Part shown: positions 1 to 9,667 of the stretch, piece by piece | Layout: every line of letters begins with the position of its first letter | Numbering within the stretch: position 1 is the stretch's first letter | NCBI GenBank assembly: GCA_017937625.1 | Contig: JAGBDG010000047.1 | Location: forward strand, 1-50,531 | Origin: Muribaculaceae bacterium | GTDB lineage: Bacteria; Bacteroidota; Bacteroidia; Bacteroidales; Muribaculaceae | Length of the DNA stretch: 50,531 bases | Direction of reading: 5' to 3' | Translations under genes and position numbers: made by a program | The notes under the pieces: generated by a model | What the model was told of the DNA's origin: nothing | Seen by the model: only the letters and a program-made list of their open reading frames with translations | Database searches by the model: none

Positions 1-24
1 CCTCTGGCGGATGTCCGGCAGAGG
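1..24 (-). terminator. Probable hairpin terminator downstream of the DUF1846 gene (cut by the window edge)
   Basis: Inverted repeat cctctg...cagagg just beyond the stop at 52; the U-tract would lie outside the window. Confidence 0.35.
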
Positions 25-51
25 GCTGATTTTGTGTCAGTGAATGACAAG

Positions 52-1515
52 TTATTTCTTGTGTGCGGGGTCGCAGGTGAGTCCTACACCGAGTTTTTTG
101 AAGATTTTCTGGTCGACCTCGCTGAGCATTACCGTAGAGTGTACCTGACAGCCGTTGAGCTCCGGCAGTTTCTCCAGGGCGCGGCGGCAGTTCTCGTCGT
201 GCGGACTGAGAACCGACAGCGCAACAAGGACTTCGTCGGTGTGCAGGCGCGGGTTGCGGCTCTTGAGATAGTGCGTCTTGGTGTGCTGGATAGGCTCGAT
301 GAGCGACTGCGGAATGAGTTTGACAGAGTGATCGATGCCTGCGAGGTGCTTGACGGCATTGAGGATGAGGGCGGCGCTCGGACCGAGCAGGTCGCTGGTC
401 TCAGCCGTTATGATGGATCCGTCGGCAAGCTCAATAGCCGAGCAAGCCCTTCCGCTCTTTTCGGCGCGCTCGCGCGCGGCTTTGACTGGTTTGCGGTAGG
501 AAACGTCGATTTTAGCCTGCTTGAAGAGGAGCGCTATCTTGCTGACCTCGCTATCGTTGCACTCGCCTTTGGCAAAGCTGTTGAGAGCGGTGAAGTAGCG
601 GCGGATAATTTCCATTCTGGACGCGTCGCAGCAAGCCTCGTCGTCGTTGATGCAGAAGCCTACCATGTTGACGCCCATGTCTGTCGGCGATTTATAGGGG
701 TTCGTGCCGTAGATGCCCTCGAAAAGCGCGTTCAGGACAGGGAAAATCTCGATGTCGCGGTTATAGTTGATGGCGGTCTTTCCGTATGCCTCGAGATGGA
801 AGGGGTCAATCATGTTGACGTCGTTGAGGTCGGCGGTCGCCGCTTCGTATGCGATGTTGACGGGGTGCTTGAGCGGAAGGCTCCACACGGGGAAGGTCTC
901 GAACTTGGCGTAACCAGCCTCGATGCCTCGCTTGTGCTCGTTGTAGAGCTGGCTGAGGCAGACTGCCATTTTTCCGCTGCCCGGACCGGGGGCGGTGACG
1001 ATGACGAGCGGGCGGCTTGTCTCGACGTAGTCGTTGCGTCCGAATCCTTCGTCAGAGTCGATGAGGTCGACATTGGTGGGATAACCCTCGATGGTGTAGT
1101 GGTAGTATGCTGTGATGCCCATGCGCCCGAGCTTCTCGCGGAAAGCGTCGGCGCTGCTCTGGCCGTTGTAGTGGGTTATGACAACGGAGCTTACAAGAAA
1201 ACCGCGGTTCATGAACTCCTCGCGAAGCCGCAGGACGTCCATGTCGTAGGTTATTCCGAGGTCATTACGGACCTTGTTTTTCTCAATGTCGAGGGCGCTG
1301 ATGACAATGACAATCTCCGCTTTGTCGCTGAGCTTTGAAAGCATGCGGAGCTTGCTGTCGGGTTGGAAGCCGGGAAGTACGCGGCTTGCGTGATAGTCGT
1401 CGAAGAGTTTTCCTCCGAGCTCGAGGTATAATTTGTTTCCGAACTGGGCGATGCGCTCCATGATGTGTTCGGACTGTATCCGGAGATACTTTTCGTTGTC
1501 GAATCCGTATTTCAT
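52..1515 (-). CDS. DUF1846 / UPF0371 family P-loop protein
   Basis: MKYGFDNEKYLRIQSEHI N-terminus, YLELGGKLFDDYHASRVLPGF, P-loop TAPGPGSGK, KFETFPVW. Start placed at ATG 1515, downstream of a TAACTTTG element at 1525-1532 (-). Confidence 0.9.
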   Translation of the reverse strand: MKYGFDNEKYLRIQSEHIMERIAQFGNKLYLELGGKLFDDYHASRVLPGFQPDSKLRMLSKLSDKAEIVIVISALDIEKNKVRNDLGITYDMDVLRLREEFMNRGFLVSSVVITHYNGQSSADAFREKLGRMGITAYYHYTIEGYPTNVDLIDSDEGFGRNDYVETSRPLVIVTAPGPGSGKMAVCLSQLYNEHKRGIEAGYAKFETFPVWSLPLKHPVNIAYEAATADLNDVNMIDPFHLEAYGKTAINYNRDIEIFPVLNALFEGIYGTNPYKSPTDMGVNMVGFCINDDEACCDASRMEIIRRYFTALNSFAKGECNDSEVSKIALLFKQAKIDVSYRKPVKAARERAEKSGRACSAIELADGSIITAETSDLLGPSAALILNAVKHLAGIDHSVKLIPQSLIEPIQHTKTHYLKSRNPRLHTDEVLVALSVLSPHDENCRRALEKLPELNGCQVHSTVMLSEVDQKIFKKLGVGLTCDPAHKK

Positions 1516-1524
1516 AACGGATTG

Positions 1525-1668
1525 CAAAGTTAATGATTTTTTTGATTCCGGCTCTAATAGCTTGCTGAAAAACATCGCCATGCGGTCGTAATTATGAACC
1601 GATAGGACAAATTATTGTTCCAAACGGCTTGACATGCGTGGCGGTGTTGGAGATTTTGATTAATTTTG
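1525..1668. promoter_or_regulatory. Divergent Bacteroidetes sigma-70 promoters (-7 elements)
   Basis: caaagtta at 1525-1532 (TAACTTTG on -) and taattttg at 1661-1668 (+) match TAnnTTTG. Confidence 0.6.
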
Positions 1669-1698
1669 CAGTGTCAATATCGCTATGAATCCAGGATA

Positions 1699-2697
1699 AT
1701 GAAGATAGGTACAGTCGACATAGGTGAGAATCCGGTAATGCTTGCTCCGATGGAGGATGTGACAGACGCGTCTTTCCGTCTGATATGCAAGGAGCAGGGC
1801 GCGGACATGACATACACCGAATTTGTCTCGGCAGATGCCCTGATACGCAATATCGCCGCAACTACACGCAAGCTTCACATCAGCGACGCCGAACGTCCCA
1901 CCGCAATACAGATCTACGGCAGGGAAGTCGGTCCGATGGTCGAAGCTGCCAGGATTGTCGAGGAGGCGCGTCCCGACATTCTCGACATCAACTTCGGCTG
2001 CCCGGTGAAGAAAGTAGCAGGAAAAGGTGCCGGCGCAGGCATGTTGCGCGACATTCCCAAGATGCTCGAGATTACGCGTGCCGTGGTCGACGCCGTGAAA
2101 CTTCCCGTAACCGTCAAGACCCGTCTGGGCTGGGACTGCAACAGCAAGATAATAGTCACTCTTGCCGAGCAGCTTCAGGACTGCGGCATACAGGCGATTA
2201 CCGTTCACGGGCGCACGCGCTCGCAGATGTACACCGGTGAGGCTGACTGGGAGGAAATAGCCCGCGTCAAGGAGAATCCGAGGCTGCATATCCCTGTGAT
2301 AGGCAACGGCGATATCACTACTCCCGAAAAACTTGTCGAGGCTTTCAGACGTTATGGAGTTGACGGAGTCATGGTCGGCAGAGCGTCGATAGGCGCACCG
2401 TGGATTTTCCGCGAGATGACATCTTTGCTCCGTGGCGGAGAAACTGTCGAAATCCCTGTGAGCGAGAAGTTCTCCCTTCTCCGCAGGCAGATACGCGAGA
2501 GCATCGAGCGCATCGACGAGTACCGCGGAATCCTGCACATCCGCCGCCACCTTGCCGCCTCGCCGCTCTTCAAGAGCATTCCCGGCTTCCGTCCGACAAG
2601 AATCCAGATGCTCAAGGCATCGACGCTCGACGAGCTTGAAGAAGTGCTGTCGAGAGTAGAGAACGAGATTTTGCCATCGTTAGAGAACAATGACTGA
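1699..2697 (+). CDS. dusB: tRNA-dihydrouridine synthase B
   Basis: LAPMEDVTD, YTEFV, DINFGCPVKKV (catalytic Cys), TVKTRLGW, VHGRTRSQMY, GNGDI; start ATG 1699. Confidence 0.93.
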   Translation: MKIGTVDIGENPVMLAPMEDVTDASFRLICKEQGADMTYTEFVSADALIRNIAATTRKLHISDAERPTAIQIYGREVGPMVEAARIVEEARPDILDINFGCPVKKVAGKGAGAGMLRDIPKMLEITRAVVDAVKLPVTVKTRLGWDCNSKIIVTLAEQLQDCGIQAITVHGRTRSQMYTGEADWEEIARVKENPRLHIPVIGNGDITTPEKLVEAFRRYGVDGVMVGRASIGAPWIFREMTSLLRGGETVEIPVSEKFSLLRRQIRESIERIDEYRGILHIRRHLAASPLFKSIPGFRPTRIQMLKASTLDELEEVLSRVENEILPSLENND

Positions 2698-2723
2698 AAT
2701 TCATTTCATATACACATGAACTT

Positions 2724-3443
2724 ATGAAGAAGGTATTATTCATCATGTCGCTTCTGCTCGCCGGTTCGGGGCTTTTTGCCGCCAAACCGGACGTCTACAG
2801 AATTGATGTCCATAATTTCAGCGAGCTCGTGGTAGTCGACGGCGTCCCTGTCGACTATCATACACATACCGACTCGGCAGGCTATGCCGTGTTCCGTTGC
2901 GCACCGGAAATCGCTTCCGAACTTATATTTTCTAATGTCGACGACAAACTCACGGTACGCACTAATGCCGACGAGAAGACTCTGACCGGCATTCCGCGTG
3001 TCACGCTCTATTCCACAGCGCTCACCAAGGTCGAGAACAGCGGCGACTCGCTCGTTAGAGTCTATATCGGCGCTCCCGTCAAGGAATTCAAGGCACGCCA
3101 GATCGACAACGGCACTCTCGAGATTCACAATCTCACAGCCGACAATCTCGATGCGGCAGTCACGGCCGGCAAAGGCTCGCTTGTGGTGGACGGCAATGTG
3201 AAATCGGCAAAGATTAACAATGTCAGCAGCGGACCTGTCGATGCCGGCGACCTCAAGACGGCAAACATGAGCTGTTTCGTCTTCGGCTCGGGCAACATCA
3301 CATGCTCGCCCACCGAGCAACTCCGCATCTACGGTGCCGGCAACGGCAAGATATACTACCACGGCAATCCCAAGATAGTGAAACGCGGCATCGGAGTCAA
3401 GGCAATACCTGCCTCTGACAAAGACACTGCCGACAACAGATAA
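2724..3443 (+). CDS. Secreted DUF2807 / GIN-domain (putative adhesin head-like beta-helix) protein
   Basis: Signal peptide, FSELVV N-terminal motif, repeated GSG/SSG/GNG turns, ends GNGKIYYHGNP. Confidence 0.75.
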   Translation: MKKVLFIMSLLLAGSGLFAAKPDVYRIDVHNFSELVVVDGVPVDYHTHTDSAGYAVFRCAPEIASELIFSNVDDKLTVRTNADEKTLTGIPRVTLYSTALTKVENSGDSLVRVYIGAPVKEFKARQIDNGTLEIHNLTADNLDAAVTAGKGSLVVDGNVKSAKINNVSSGPVDAGDLKTANMSCFVFGSGNITCSPTEQLRIYGAGNGKIYYHGNPKIVKRGIGVKAIPASDKDTADNR

Positions 3444-3470
3444 AACCAATCCTTTAAACAACACCTTAGA

Positions 3471-4955
3471 ATCGCACAAAGCCACAACCTGAAGAAACGC
3501 ACGGCACATTCCCTGAAGTGGAATCTTGTCGACCGTCTGTCCACGCAGATTCTCTACGCGGTCACGGGCATTGTGCTTGCGCGCGTGCTGAGCACCGACG
3601 ATTTCGGTCTTGTCGGCGCTCTGCTCGTTTTCCAGGCTTTCGGAACACTCCTTGTCGACAGCGGGTTCTCCTACGCCCTCCTGCAGCGCCGCAGCCCCAC
3701 AAGGCTCGACTATTCCACTGTCCTGTGGTTCAACCTCGCCGTATCTCTTGTCATATATGCGATACTTTGCGTGGCTGCTCCCGTGATAGCCGGATGGTTC
3801 CAGGGCGACATGCGTCTTGTTCCGCTCGCGAGGGTGATGTTCCTGTGTCTCGTGCTTAACGCAGCCGGTATTGTGCAGACCAACCGCCTGATGAAGGCTA
3901 TGGACGTCCGCATGGTGGCGGCGTCGAACGCGCTCGGTCTGACATTAGGAGCCGTCGCAGGTATTTGGCTTGCCCTTGCCGGCTACGGAGCGTGGGCGCT
4001 CGTATGGCAGAGCGTGACTATATCCGCGGTCAAGGCGCTCGTTCTATGGACGTCGAGCCGCTGGCGTCCGGTGATGCGTTTTTCATGGAAATCGCTGCGC
4101 TCTTTTGCCGGGCTTGGCTCGAAGATGATGCTCTCGTCTTTCCTCAACACTCTCTTTCAGAAGATATATGCCTTCGTGATAGGCAACAGGGTGAGCATCA
4201 CGGCACTTGCCTATTACACACAGGGCGACAAGTGGAGCACCATGGGCGTGGCGTCGCTGAGCCAGGTGTTCACATCTTCGTTCGTGCCGCCTCTGTCGGC
4301 AGTGCAGAACGACCGCGAGCGTTTCGCGGCGATGGTGTCGAAAATCAACCGCTTCACGGCATACGTGCTGTTTCCGGCGCTGCTCGGACTAATGGCGATT
4401 GCCACGCCGCTGTTCCATGCGCTTTTCGGCGAGAAATGGGATCCGTCGATAGTCCTGTTTCAGATATTGCTTCTCCGCGGCATATTCACCGTGCTCAATT
4501 CACTGTACAACAACTATCTTCTTGCTCTCGGACATGGCGGCACGATTTTCCGCCTCGAGGTCGTCCGCGACGGCGCGGCGCTGATTGCTCTTGCAGTATG
4601 TTTTCCGTTTATGAGTCTGAGCACACCGGAGTCGCCGGTGCAGGGCATAGAGATACTTCTGTGGGGACAGCTTGCGGCATCGTTCGTCACGTGGATAGTA
4701 TCGCTCGCGAGCGTAATCAAGCTTACCGGAGTCGGTCTGGGACGCTTTGTCGCCGATATCTTCCCGTATGTGGCGCAGACGGCGCTCATCATCCCGATTA
4801 TGCTCTTTGCAGCAAGCTTTTTCAGCAACGACTGGCTGAAACTCGCGGTCGGCATTTCCCTGGCGCTCGGCATCTATATCGGACTCAACTACGTGCTGCG
4901 CTCGAAAGTGCAGAAAGACGTGCTTTCATATATCCGTGGCAAAAATGTGTTTTGA
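3471..4955 (+). CDS. Wzx/WzxC-type polysaccharide flippase (lipopolysaccharide biosynthesis protein)
   Basis: LKKRTAHSLKWNLVDRLSTQ...IVLARVLSTDDFGLVG...DSGFSYALLQ and many TM helices. Homology extends upstream of the GTG at 3573; proposed start is ATC 3471 (uncertain). Confidence 0.85.
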   Translation: MAQSHNLKKRTAHSLKWNLVDRLSTQILYAVTGIVLARVLSTDDFGLVGALLVFQAFGTLLVDSGFSYALLQRRSPTRLDYSTVLWFNLAVSLVIYAILCVAAPVIAGWFQGDMRLVPLARVMFLCLVLNAAGIVQTNRLMKAMDVRMVAASNALGLTLGAVAGIWLALAGYGAWALVWQSVTISAVKALVLWTSSRWRPVMRFSWKSLRSFAGLGSKMMLSSFLNTLFQKIYAFVIGNRVSITALAYYTQGDKWSTMGVASLSQVFTSSFVPPLSAVQNDRERFAAMVSKINRFTAYVLFPALLGLMAIATPLFHALFGEKWDPSIVLFQILLLRGIFTVLNSLYNNYLLALGHGGTIFRLEVVRDGAALIALAVCFPFMSLSTPESPVQGIEILLWGQLAASFVTWIVSLASVIKLTGVGLGRFVADIFPYVAQTALIIPIMLFAASFFSNDWLKLAVGISLALGIYIGLNYVLRSKVQKDVLSYIRGKNVF

Positions 4956-5031
4956 AAATATGTTGTAAAACATATATTCCTTCGATTCATAGGAGATTGC
5001 CTTAATTTTTTACAAAAATCCGCCAAAAAAT

Positions 5032-5061
5032 TTTGTGTGATTTTTATTTTTACTAAATTTG
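5032..5061 (+). promoter_or_regulatory. Bacteroidetes promoter (-33 TTTG / -7 TAAATTTG)
   Basis: tttg at 5032-5035 and taaatttg at 5054-5061 upstream of ATG 5123. Confidence 0.6.
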
Positions 5062-5122
5062 CCGTGCTTTACAGAAAGCGCCAGTTATATCGTACTTATT
5101 TTAACATTTAAATTTTTTATAC

Positions 5123-6004
5123 ATGAAAAAAATTTACACTTTTGCAGCAGCTGCTGCTCTTGCTATGGGCGCAAGCGCTCAGACTCTCTATCTCTGTGGT
5201 CAAGGCGAAGGTCTCGGCTGGACACCCGACGCTCCTATGGAAGTCGCTCTCGAAGGTGACAACTACACAGTGACCATCAAGGAACTTGCATCTTTCAAAG
5301 TTTCTACCGCAAAAGGCACGTGGGATGAATTCAACGCAGGATGCTATTCAGCAGCTCTCACAGAAGCTACTCTCGGTACTCCTGTCGCTCTTACAGCTGG
5401 TACTGACAATATCAACACTCCCTGGGTTGGCGAATACACGCTTGTAATCAACAAGGATCTTACCACTATCACCGCAACAACAACTACCCAAAAGCCCAGC
5501 GGCTTCACCAAAATCTATCTCCGCGGCGAAATGAACGAATGGGGAACTCCCGACGCATGGGAGATGGAAACATCCGACGGTATCGTTTACTGGTTCGACT
5601 GTCAGGGCGAGACTGTAATTCCCAACGGAACGAAATTCAAGATGGCAGACTCAGGCTGGGCAAACTACAACTACGGTGCCGGTGACGCTATCACTCCCTA
5701 CGAGGAGGCTCTTCCCTGGAACGCAGGCGGCGATGACGGCATTATGGCAACAGACGACGGCGAAAGCTACACCGGTACTATCAAGGCTGAGATTTCGAGT
5801 CCCAAAGAACCCGCAATGGTTACTGTATTCCCCACTATCGTTGAGCACGGCAACGGCGGTACAGGTGCTGTCGACAACGTTGAAATCAGCGACAACGCAG
5901 CTGCCGAGTACTACAACCTCCAGGGCGTACGCGTAGCTAACCCCGAAAACGGTCTCTACATCGTTCGTCGCGGCGCAAAGACAACCAAAGTCCTCGTAAA
6001 ATAA
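5123..6004 (+). CDS. Secreted protein with two SusE/F-like or CBM-like beta-sandwich modules and a type IX secretion C-terminal sorting domain
   Basis: Signal peptide ...ASAQ; repeats LYLCG..W / IYLRGEMNEW and FKVST..W / FKMADSGW; tail EYYNLQGVRVANPENGLYIVRRGAKTTKVLVK. Confidence 0.7.
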   Translation: MKKIYTFAAAAALAMGASAQTLYLCGQGEGLGWTPDAPMEVALEGDNYTVTIKELASFKVSTAKGTWDEFNAGCYSAALTEATLGTPVALTAGTDNINTPWVGEYTLVINKDLTTITATTTTQKPSGFTKIYLRGEMNEWGTPDAWEMETSDGIVYWFDCQGETVIPNGTKFKMADSGWANYNYGAGDAITPYEEALPWNAGGDDGIMATDDGESYTGTIKAEISSPKEPAMVTVFPTIVEHGNGGTGAVDNVEISDNAAAEYYNLQGVRVANPENGLYIVRRGAKTTKVLVK

Positions 6005-6028
6005 GGAATGAAGTTTTCATAAGGAAGG

Positions 6029-6060
6029 GCTGCGTACTCCGGTGCGCAGCTTTTTTTTTT
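6029..6060 (+). terminator. Rho-independent terminator
   Basis: gctgcgtac-tccg-gtgcgcagc followed by T10. Confidence 0.9.
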
Positions 6061-6080
6061 GTGTGATTGCCGAAAGGCAT

Positions 6081-6117
6081 AAAAAAGTGAGACTGCGTTC
6101 GGGCAGCCTCACTTTTT
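6081..6117 (-). terminator. Rho-independent (bidirectional) terminator ending the beta-glucan PUL
   Basis: aaaaagtgag...ctcacttttt inverted repeat with A/T tails. Confidence 0.8.
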
Positions 6118-6134
6118 AATTGTGTTGTAAGATA

Positions 6135-8375
6135 TTATCTGAGCTTGAAGCGGAGGGAGGAGCGGATGTCGTCGGAAGCGGTGCCGGCATGGGCTGTGAA
6201 CTGACCCGGTTTAGCCACCCAGCGGTGGGCGTCGGCGTCGAAGTACGAGAGCGCTTCCTTTGTAATGGTGAAGGTTACGGTCTTCGTCTCGCCGGGCTGG
6301 AGAGCCACTTTCCTGAAGCCTTTGAGCTCTTTGGCAGGACGCAGGACGACAGGCTTGTTCTCGGAGATGTAGAGCTGAACGACCTCGGCGCCCGGGCGCG
6401 AGCCGGTGTTGGTGACGTCGATTGACAGAGTGATGTTGCCGTCGGCGTCCATCTCCGTCCGGTCAGCCGTGAGTTTGCCGAGCTTGAAGTCGGTGTAGCT
6501 CAGACCGTGACCGAAAGCGAAGCGTGGCTTGATTTTCTTAGTGTCGAGCCAGCGGTAGCCGACGAGCACGCCTTCCTTGTAGTTGATGTCCCATAGGTCT
6601 ACGCCATCGCGCTTGATGCCGGGATAGCCTTCTGTGCCGAACGAGTGCGCGCCGACGTCCTCAAGCTTCACGGGGAAGGAGAACGGGAGCTTGCCGGAGG
6701 GGTTGACCTTTCCGAAAATCACGTCGGCAATGGCGTTGCCGGCCTCCGAGCCTATGAACCATGCCTGCACGATGGCGGGAACCTTGTCTGCCCAGGGCAT
6801 TGCCACGGCGTTGCCGCTGATGTTGACAACGACAAGATTTGGATTTGCCTTGGCGAGCGCGGTAATGACGTCGTCCTGTCCGTAGGGCAGTGCGTATGTC
6901 GTGCGGTCGCAGCCCTCCGCGTCCTGACCGTCCGACTTGTTCAGACCGCCTATGAAAATGACGCAGTCGGCGTCGGCAGCCTTAGCCACAGCCTCGTCGA
7001 TAAGCTCGCGGGGCGAACGGTTGTCCTCGAGGTTCTGGCCTGTCACGACACCGTTGTAGGAACCCGTGATGTCGCCGACATAACCGCGTGCAAAGTCAAT
7101 CGTCGCCATGCCTTCTGCAGCGGCACGCAAGCCGTCGATGGGCGAGATCTCGCGCTGCGCTTTCAGCGACGACGAACCGCCGCCGACAGTCATCTTCTTG
7201 AGAGCGTTCTCTCCCACGACGAGAATTTTCATGGACTTGTCGCCTCCAAGAGGCAGTATGCCGCCTTCATTGCGCAGAAGGACAATGCCTTCGTCGCCAA
7301 TGCGTCGCGCTGCTTCGTAGTGCGCCGGACTGCACATCTCGCCAAGACCTTTCGAAGAGTCCATTGCCGTACGCATCATCAGACGGAGAACGCGGCGGGC
7401 CTTGTCGTCGAGTTCGTCGGTGCCGAACTCGCCCTTGTTGATAAGCTCGAGGTAGGGCAGGGCGAGATAGTAGCTGTCGTAGGCGTTAGAGGCGCCCTCG
7501 TGGAGTCCGTCGGTCCATGTTCCGAACTCGAGGTCCATGCCGTTGGTTATAGCCTCGCGTGTGTCGTGGACGCCGCCCCAGTCGCTGATGACGGCTCCGT
7601 CGAAGCCCCATTCGCCTTTGAGAATCTTGTTGAGCAGGCGGTCGTTGTGGCAGAGATGCTGGTTGTCGTAGAGGTTGTAGGCGCCCATTATCGCCCAGGC
7701 GCCGCCTTTCTGCACGGCAGCCTTGAAAGCGGGGAGATATATCTCGTAGAGCGCGCGGTCGTCGACAATCACGTTGGTGTTGCTGCGCCAGTGCTCGTTG
7801 TTGTTGAGCGCATAGTGCTTGACGCATGCGGCGACGCCGTTCTCCTGTACGCCGCGGACGTATTCCGACACCATCTCGCCTGCGAGATAGGGATCCTCGC
7901 CGAGATACTCGAAGTTACGTCCGTTGAGGGGCGTGCGGTAGATGTTGCAGCCGGGTCCGAGAAGGACGTCCTTGCCGCGGAAACGCGCCTCCTCGCCTAT
8001 CGAGACACCGTAGAGATGCGCCATCTCCGGATTCCATGTCGCGGCGAGGCAAGTGAGCGCGGGGAAGGCTACGCAGGAGTCGTTGGTCCAGCCTGCCTGG
8101 TGCCATTCGTCCCATTTCACTTCGGGACGTATGCCGTGAGGTCCGTCGGTGGTCCAAAGCTCGGGGATGCCGAGGCTCGGAACACCCGACGAGCAGAATT
8201 TCGACTGGGCGTGAATAATTTTGATTTTGTCGGCGGTTGTCATGCGCGACAGTGCGTCCTCGACGCGCTCTTCAAGCGGTTTTGTCGTGTCGAGATAAAG
8301 AGGCTTGTCCTTCGCCGCCGCCATAAGGGAGACGGCAATGGCAAGGACAAGCGCAGATGCTTTCGTGTGCTTCAT
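6135..8375 (-). CDS. GH3 beta-glucosidase with C-terminal FN3-like domain (periplasmic)
   Basis: TDGPHGIR, GRNFEYLGEDP, CVKHYALN, nucleophile ISDWG, FGHGLSYT, ELKGFRKV; signal peptide. Confidence 0.93.
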   Translation of the reverse strand: MKHTKASALVLAIAVSLMAAAKDKPLYLDTTKPLEERVEDALSRMTTADKIKIIHAQSKFCSSGVPSLGIPELWTTDGPHGIRPEVKWDEWHQAGWTNDSCVAFPALTCLAATWNPEMAHLYGVSIGEEARFRGKDVLLGPGCNIYRTPLNGRNFEYLGEDPYLAGEMVSEYVRGVQENGVAACVKHYALNNNEHWRSNTNVIVDDRALYEIYLPAFKAAVQKGGAWAIMGAYNLYDNQHLCHNDRLLNKILKGEWGFDGAVISDWGGVHDTREAITNGMDLEFGTWTDGLHEGASNAYDSYYLALPYLELINKGEFGTDELDDKARRVLRLMMRTAMDSSKGLGEMCSPAHYEAARRIGDEGIVLLRNEGGILPLGGDKSMKILVVGENALKKMTVGGGSSSLKAQREISPIDGLRAAAEGMATIDFARGYVGDITGSYNGVVTGQNLEDNRSPRELIDEAVAKAADADCVIFIGGLNKSDGQDAEGCDRTTYALPYGQDDVITALAKANPNLVVVNISGNAVAMPWADKVPAIVQAWFIGSEAGNAIADVIFGKVNPSGKLPFSFPVKLEDVGAHSFGTEGYPGIKRDGVDLWDINYKEGVLVGYRWLDTKKIKPRFAFGHGLSYTDFKLGKLTADRTEMDADGNITLSIDVTNTGSRPGAEVVQLYISENKPVVLRPAKELKGFRKVALQPGETKTVTFTITKEALSYFDADAHRWVAKPGQFTAHAGTASDDIRSSLRFKLR

Positions 8376-8452
8376 TATGTTTATAGTTGGAGTGTGTATT
8401 ACAATCAGTTTTACCTTAGAAAAGCAGCCTATCGGAATTTTCAGGAGTTATG

Positions 8453-9580
8453 TTACTTGATTTTCTGAAATACGCGGACGTAGTCGACTTCCATAGTGGC
8501 GGGCAGAACCGACTCGTCGACGCCCTGCGCTCCGCCCCATGAGCCGCCCCATGCGAGGTTGAGAATAAGATAGAAAGGCTTGTTGAACGGCCAGGTCTTG
8601 ACGTCGCCCTTTCCGTCGTTGGCGAACGACAGGAGCCTTACGTCGTCGACGTAGGTGTATATGCCGTTTTCGGTCCATTCAAGACGGTAGACGTGGAAAT
8701 CGTCCTGCGCGCCCTGGGTGAGGCGTTCGGCGGTCTTCTGTGTGCCTTTGGTGTGGTTGTAGCTCTCGCAGTGGATGCTCGACGAGGTGTAGTCGGGATT
8801 GTAGCCAACTTCCTCCATGATGTCGATTTCTCCGCAGAGAGGCCAGGGTGTCTTGCCGAAATCGTTGTTGGCGGGCATCATCCAGTAGGCCGGCCATGTG
8901 CCTTTGCCCTTGGGGAGCTTTATGCGGGCCTCGAAGATGCCGTATTTCCAGCCTTCGTTAACATTGGCGTAGATACGTCCGGAATATACCTTGCCGCCGT
9001 CCTTGAAGGCGGTGATGGTGAGGATTCCGTCGGACACTTCGGTGACGCGCTTGCCGTTGAACGAGCCGTTGACGTAGTTCTGGAGTTCGTTGTTGACCCA
9101 GCCTGAGCCTTGCACCTCATGGGTCCACGAGGACGTGTCGAGCTTGTCGCCGTCGAATTCGTCGTTCCATACGAGCTCATAGCCTTCGGGAACCTTGATT
9201 GTAGGGTCGACGGGCTCGGGGGTCTTGCCGTTCTGCTCAACAGCGACTTTGGCACGGGCAGAGCCAGAGATAAGGGTAATCTCGGCGGAACGTGCGTCGC
9301 GGTTCTTGTTTGCTTCGGCGGTGACGTCGACGGTGCCGTTGTTGGAAAGCGTGCCTGTCTTGGTAAGTTTCACCCACGACTCGGAGCAGACGGCATCCCA
9401 TTCGCCCGAAGCGGTGACGGTGAACGACTGTGTTCCGCCGGGGGCGTCAAACGAGAGAGTCCCGACGCTTGCCTTTATGTCGGAGGGGGTGTCCTCTTTA
9501 CCGCTGTCGCTGCCGGAGCATGCCGCCAGCGAGAGAGCAAACATTGCAGCCGTGAAAAACATAAATATTTCTTTTACCAT
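8453..9580 (-). CDS. GH16 endo-beta-1,3-glucanase (laminarinase-type) lipoprotein with BACON domain
   Basis: Lipobox LAAC, BACON-like W..L...R motif, LVWNDEF, GTWPAYWMM, catalytic WPLCGEIDIME, PFYLILNLAWGG. Confidence 0.92.
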   Translation of the reverse strand: MVKEIFMFFTAAMFALSLAACSGSDSGKEDTPSDIKASVGTLSFDAPGGTQSFTVTASGEWDAVCSESWVKLTKTGTLSNNGTVDVTAEANKNRDARSAEITLISGSARAKVAVEQNGKTPEPVDPTIKVPEGYELVWNDEFDGDKLDTSSWTHEVQGSGWVNNELQNYVNGSFNGKRVTEVSDGILTITAFKDGGKVYSGRIYANVNEGWKYGIFEARIKLPKGKGTWPAYWMMPANNDFGKTPWPLCGEIDIMEEVGYNPDYTSSSIHCESYNHTKGTQKTAERLTQGAQDDFHVYRLEWTENGIYTYVDDVRLLSFANDGKGDVKTWPFNKPFYLILNLAWGGSWGGAQGVDESVLPATMEVDYVRVFQKIK

Positions 9581-9621
9581 GCCGGTATATGTCGGTTTAA
9601 AGTATGATTCGTATAAACAAA

Positions 9622-9667
9622 ACGCACGGCGGGTTATCCAATGCGATAATACGATCCCGCCGTGCGT
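9622..9667 (-). terminator. Intra-PUL stem-loop between SGBP-B and GH16
   Basis: 12-bp stem acgcacggcggg / cccgccgtgcgt, followed on the minus strand by a T-rich run. Confidence 0.65.

Noticed and set aside
2724-4955. Stop-codon read-through fusion of the DUF2807 protein and the flippase (same frame)
   Set aside because: The stop is TAA, the intervening codons look like an A-rich translation leader, and both proteins are complete on their own.
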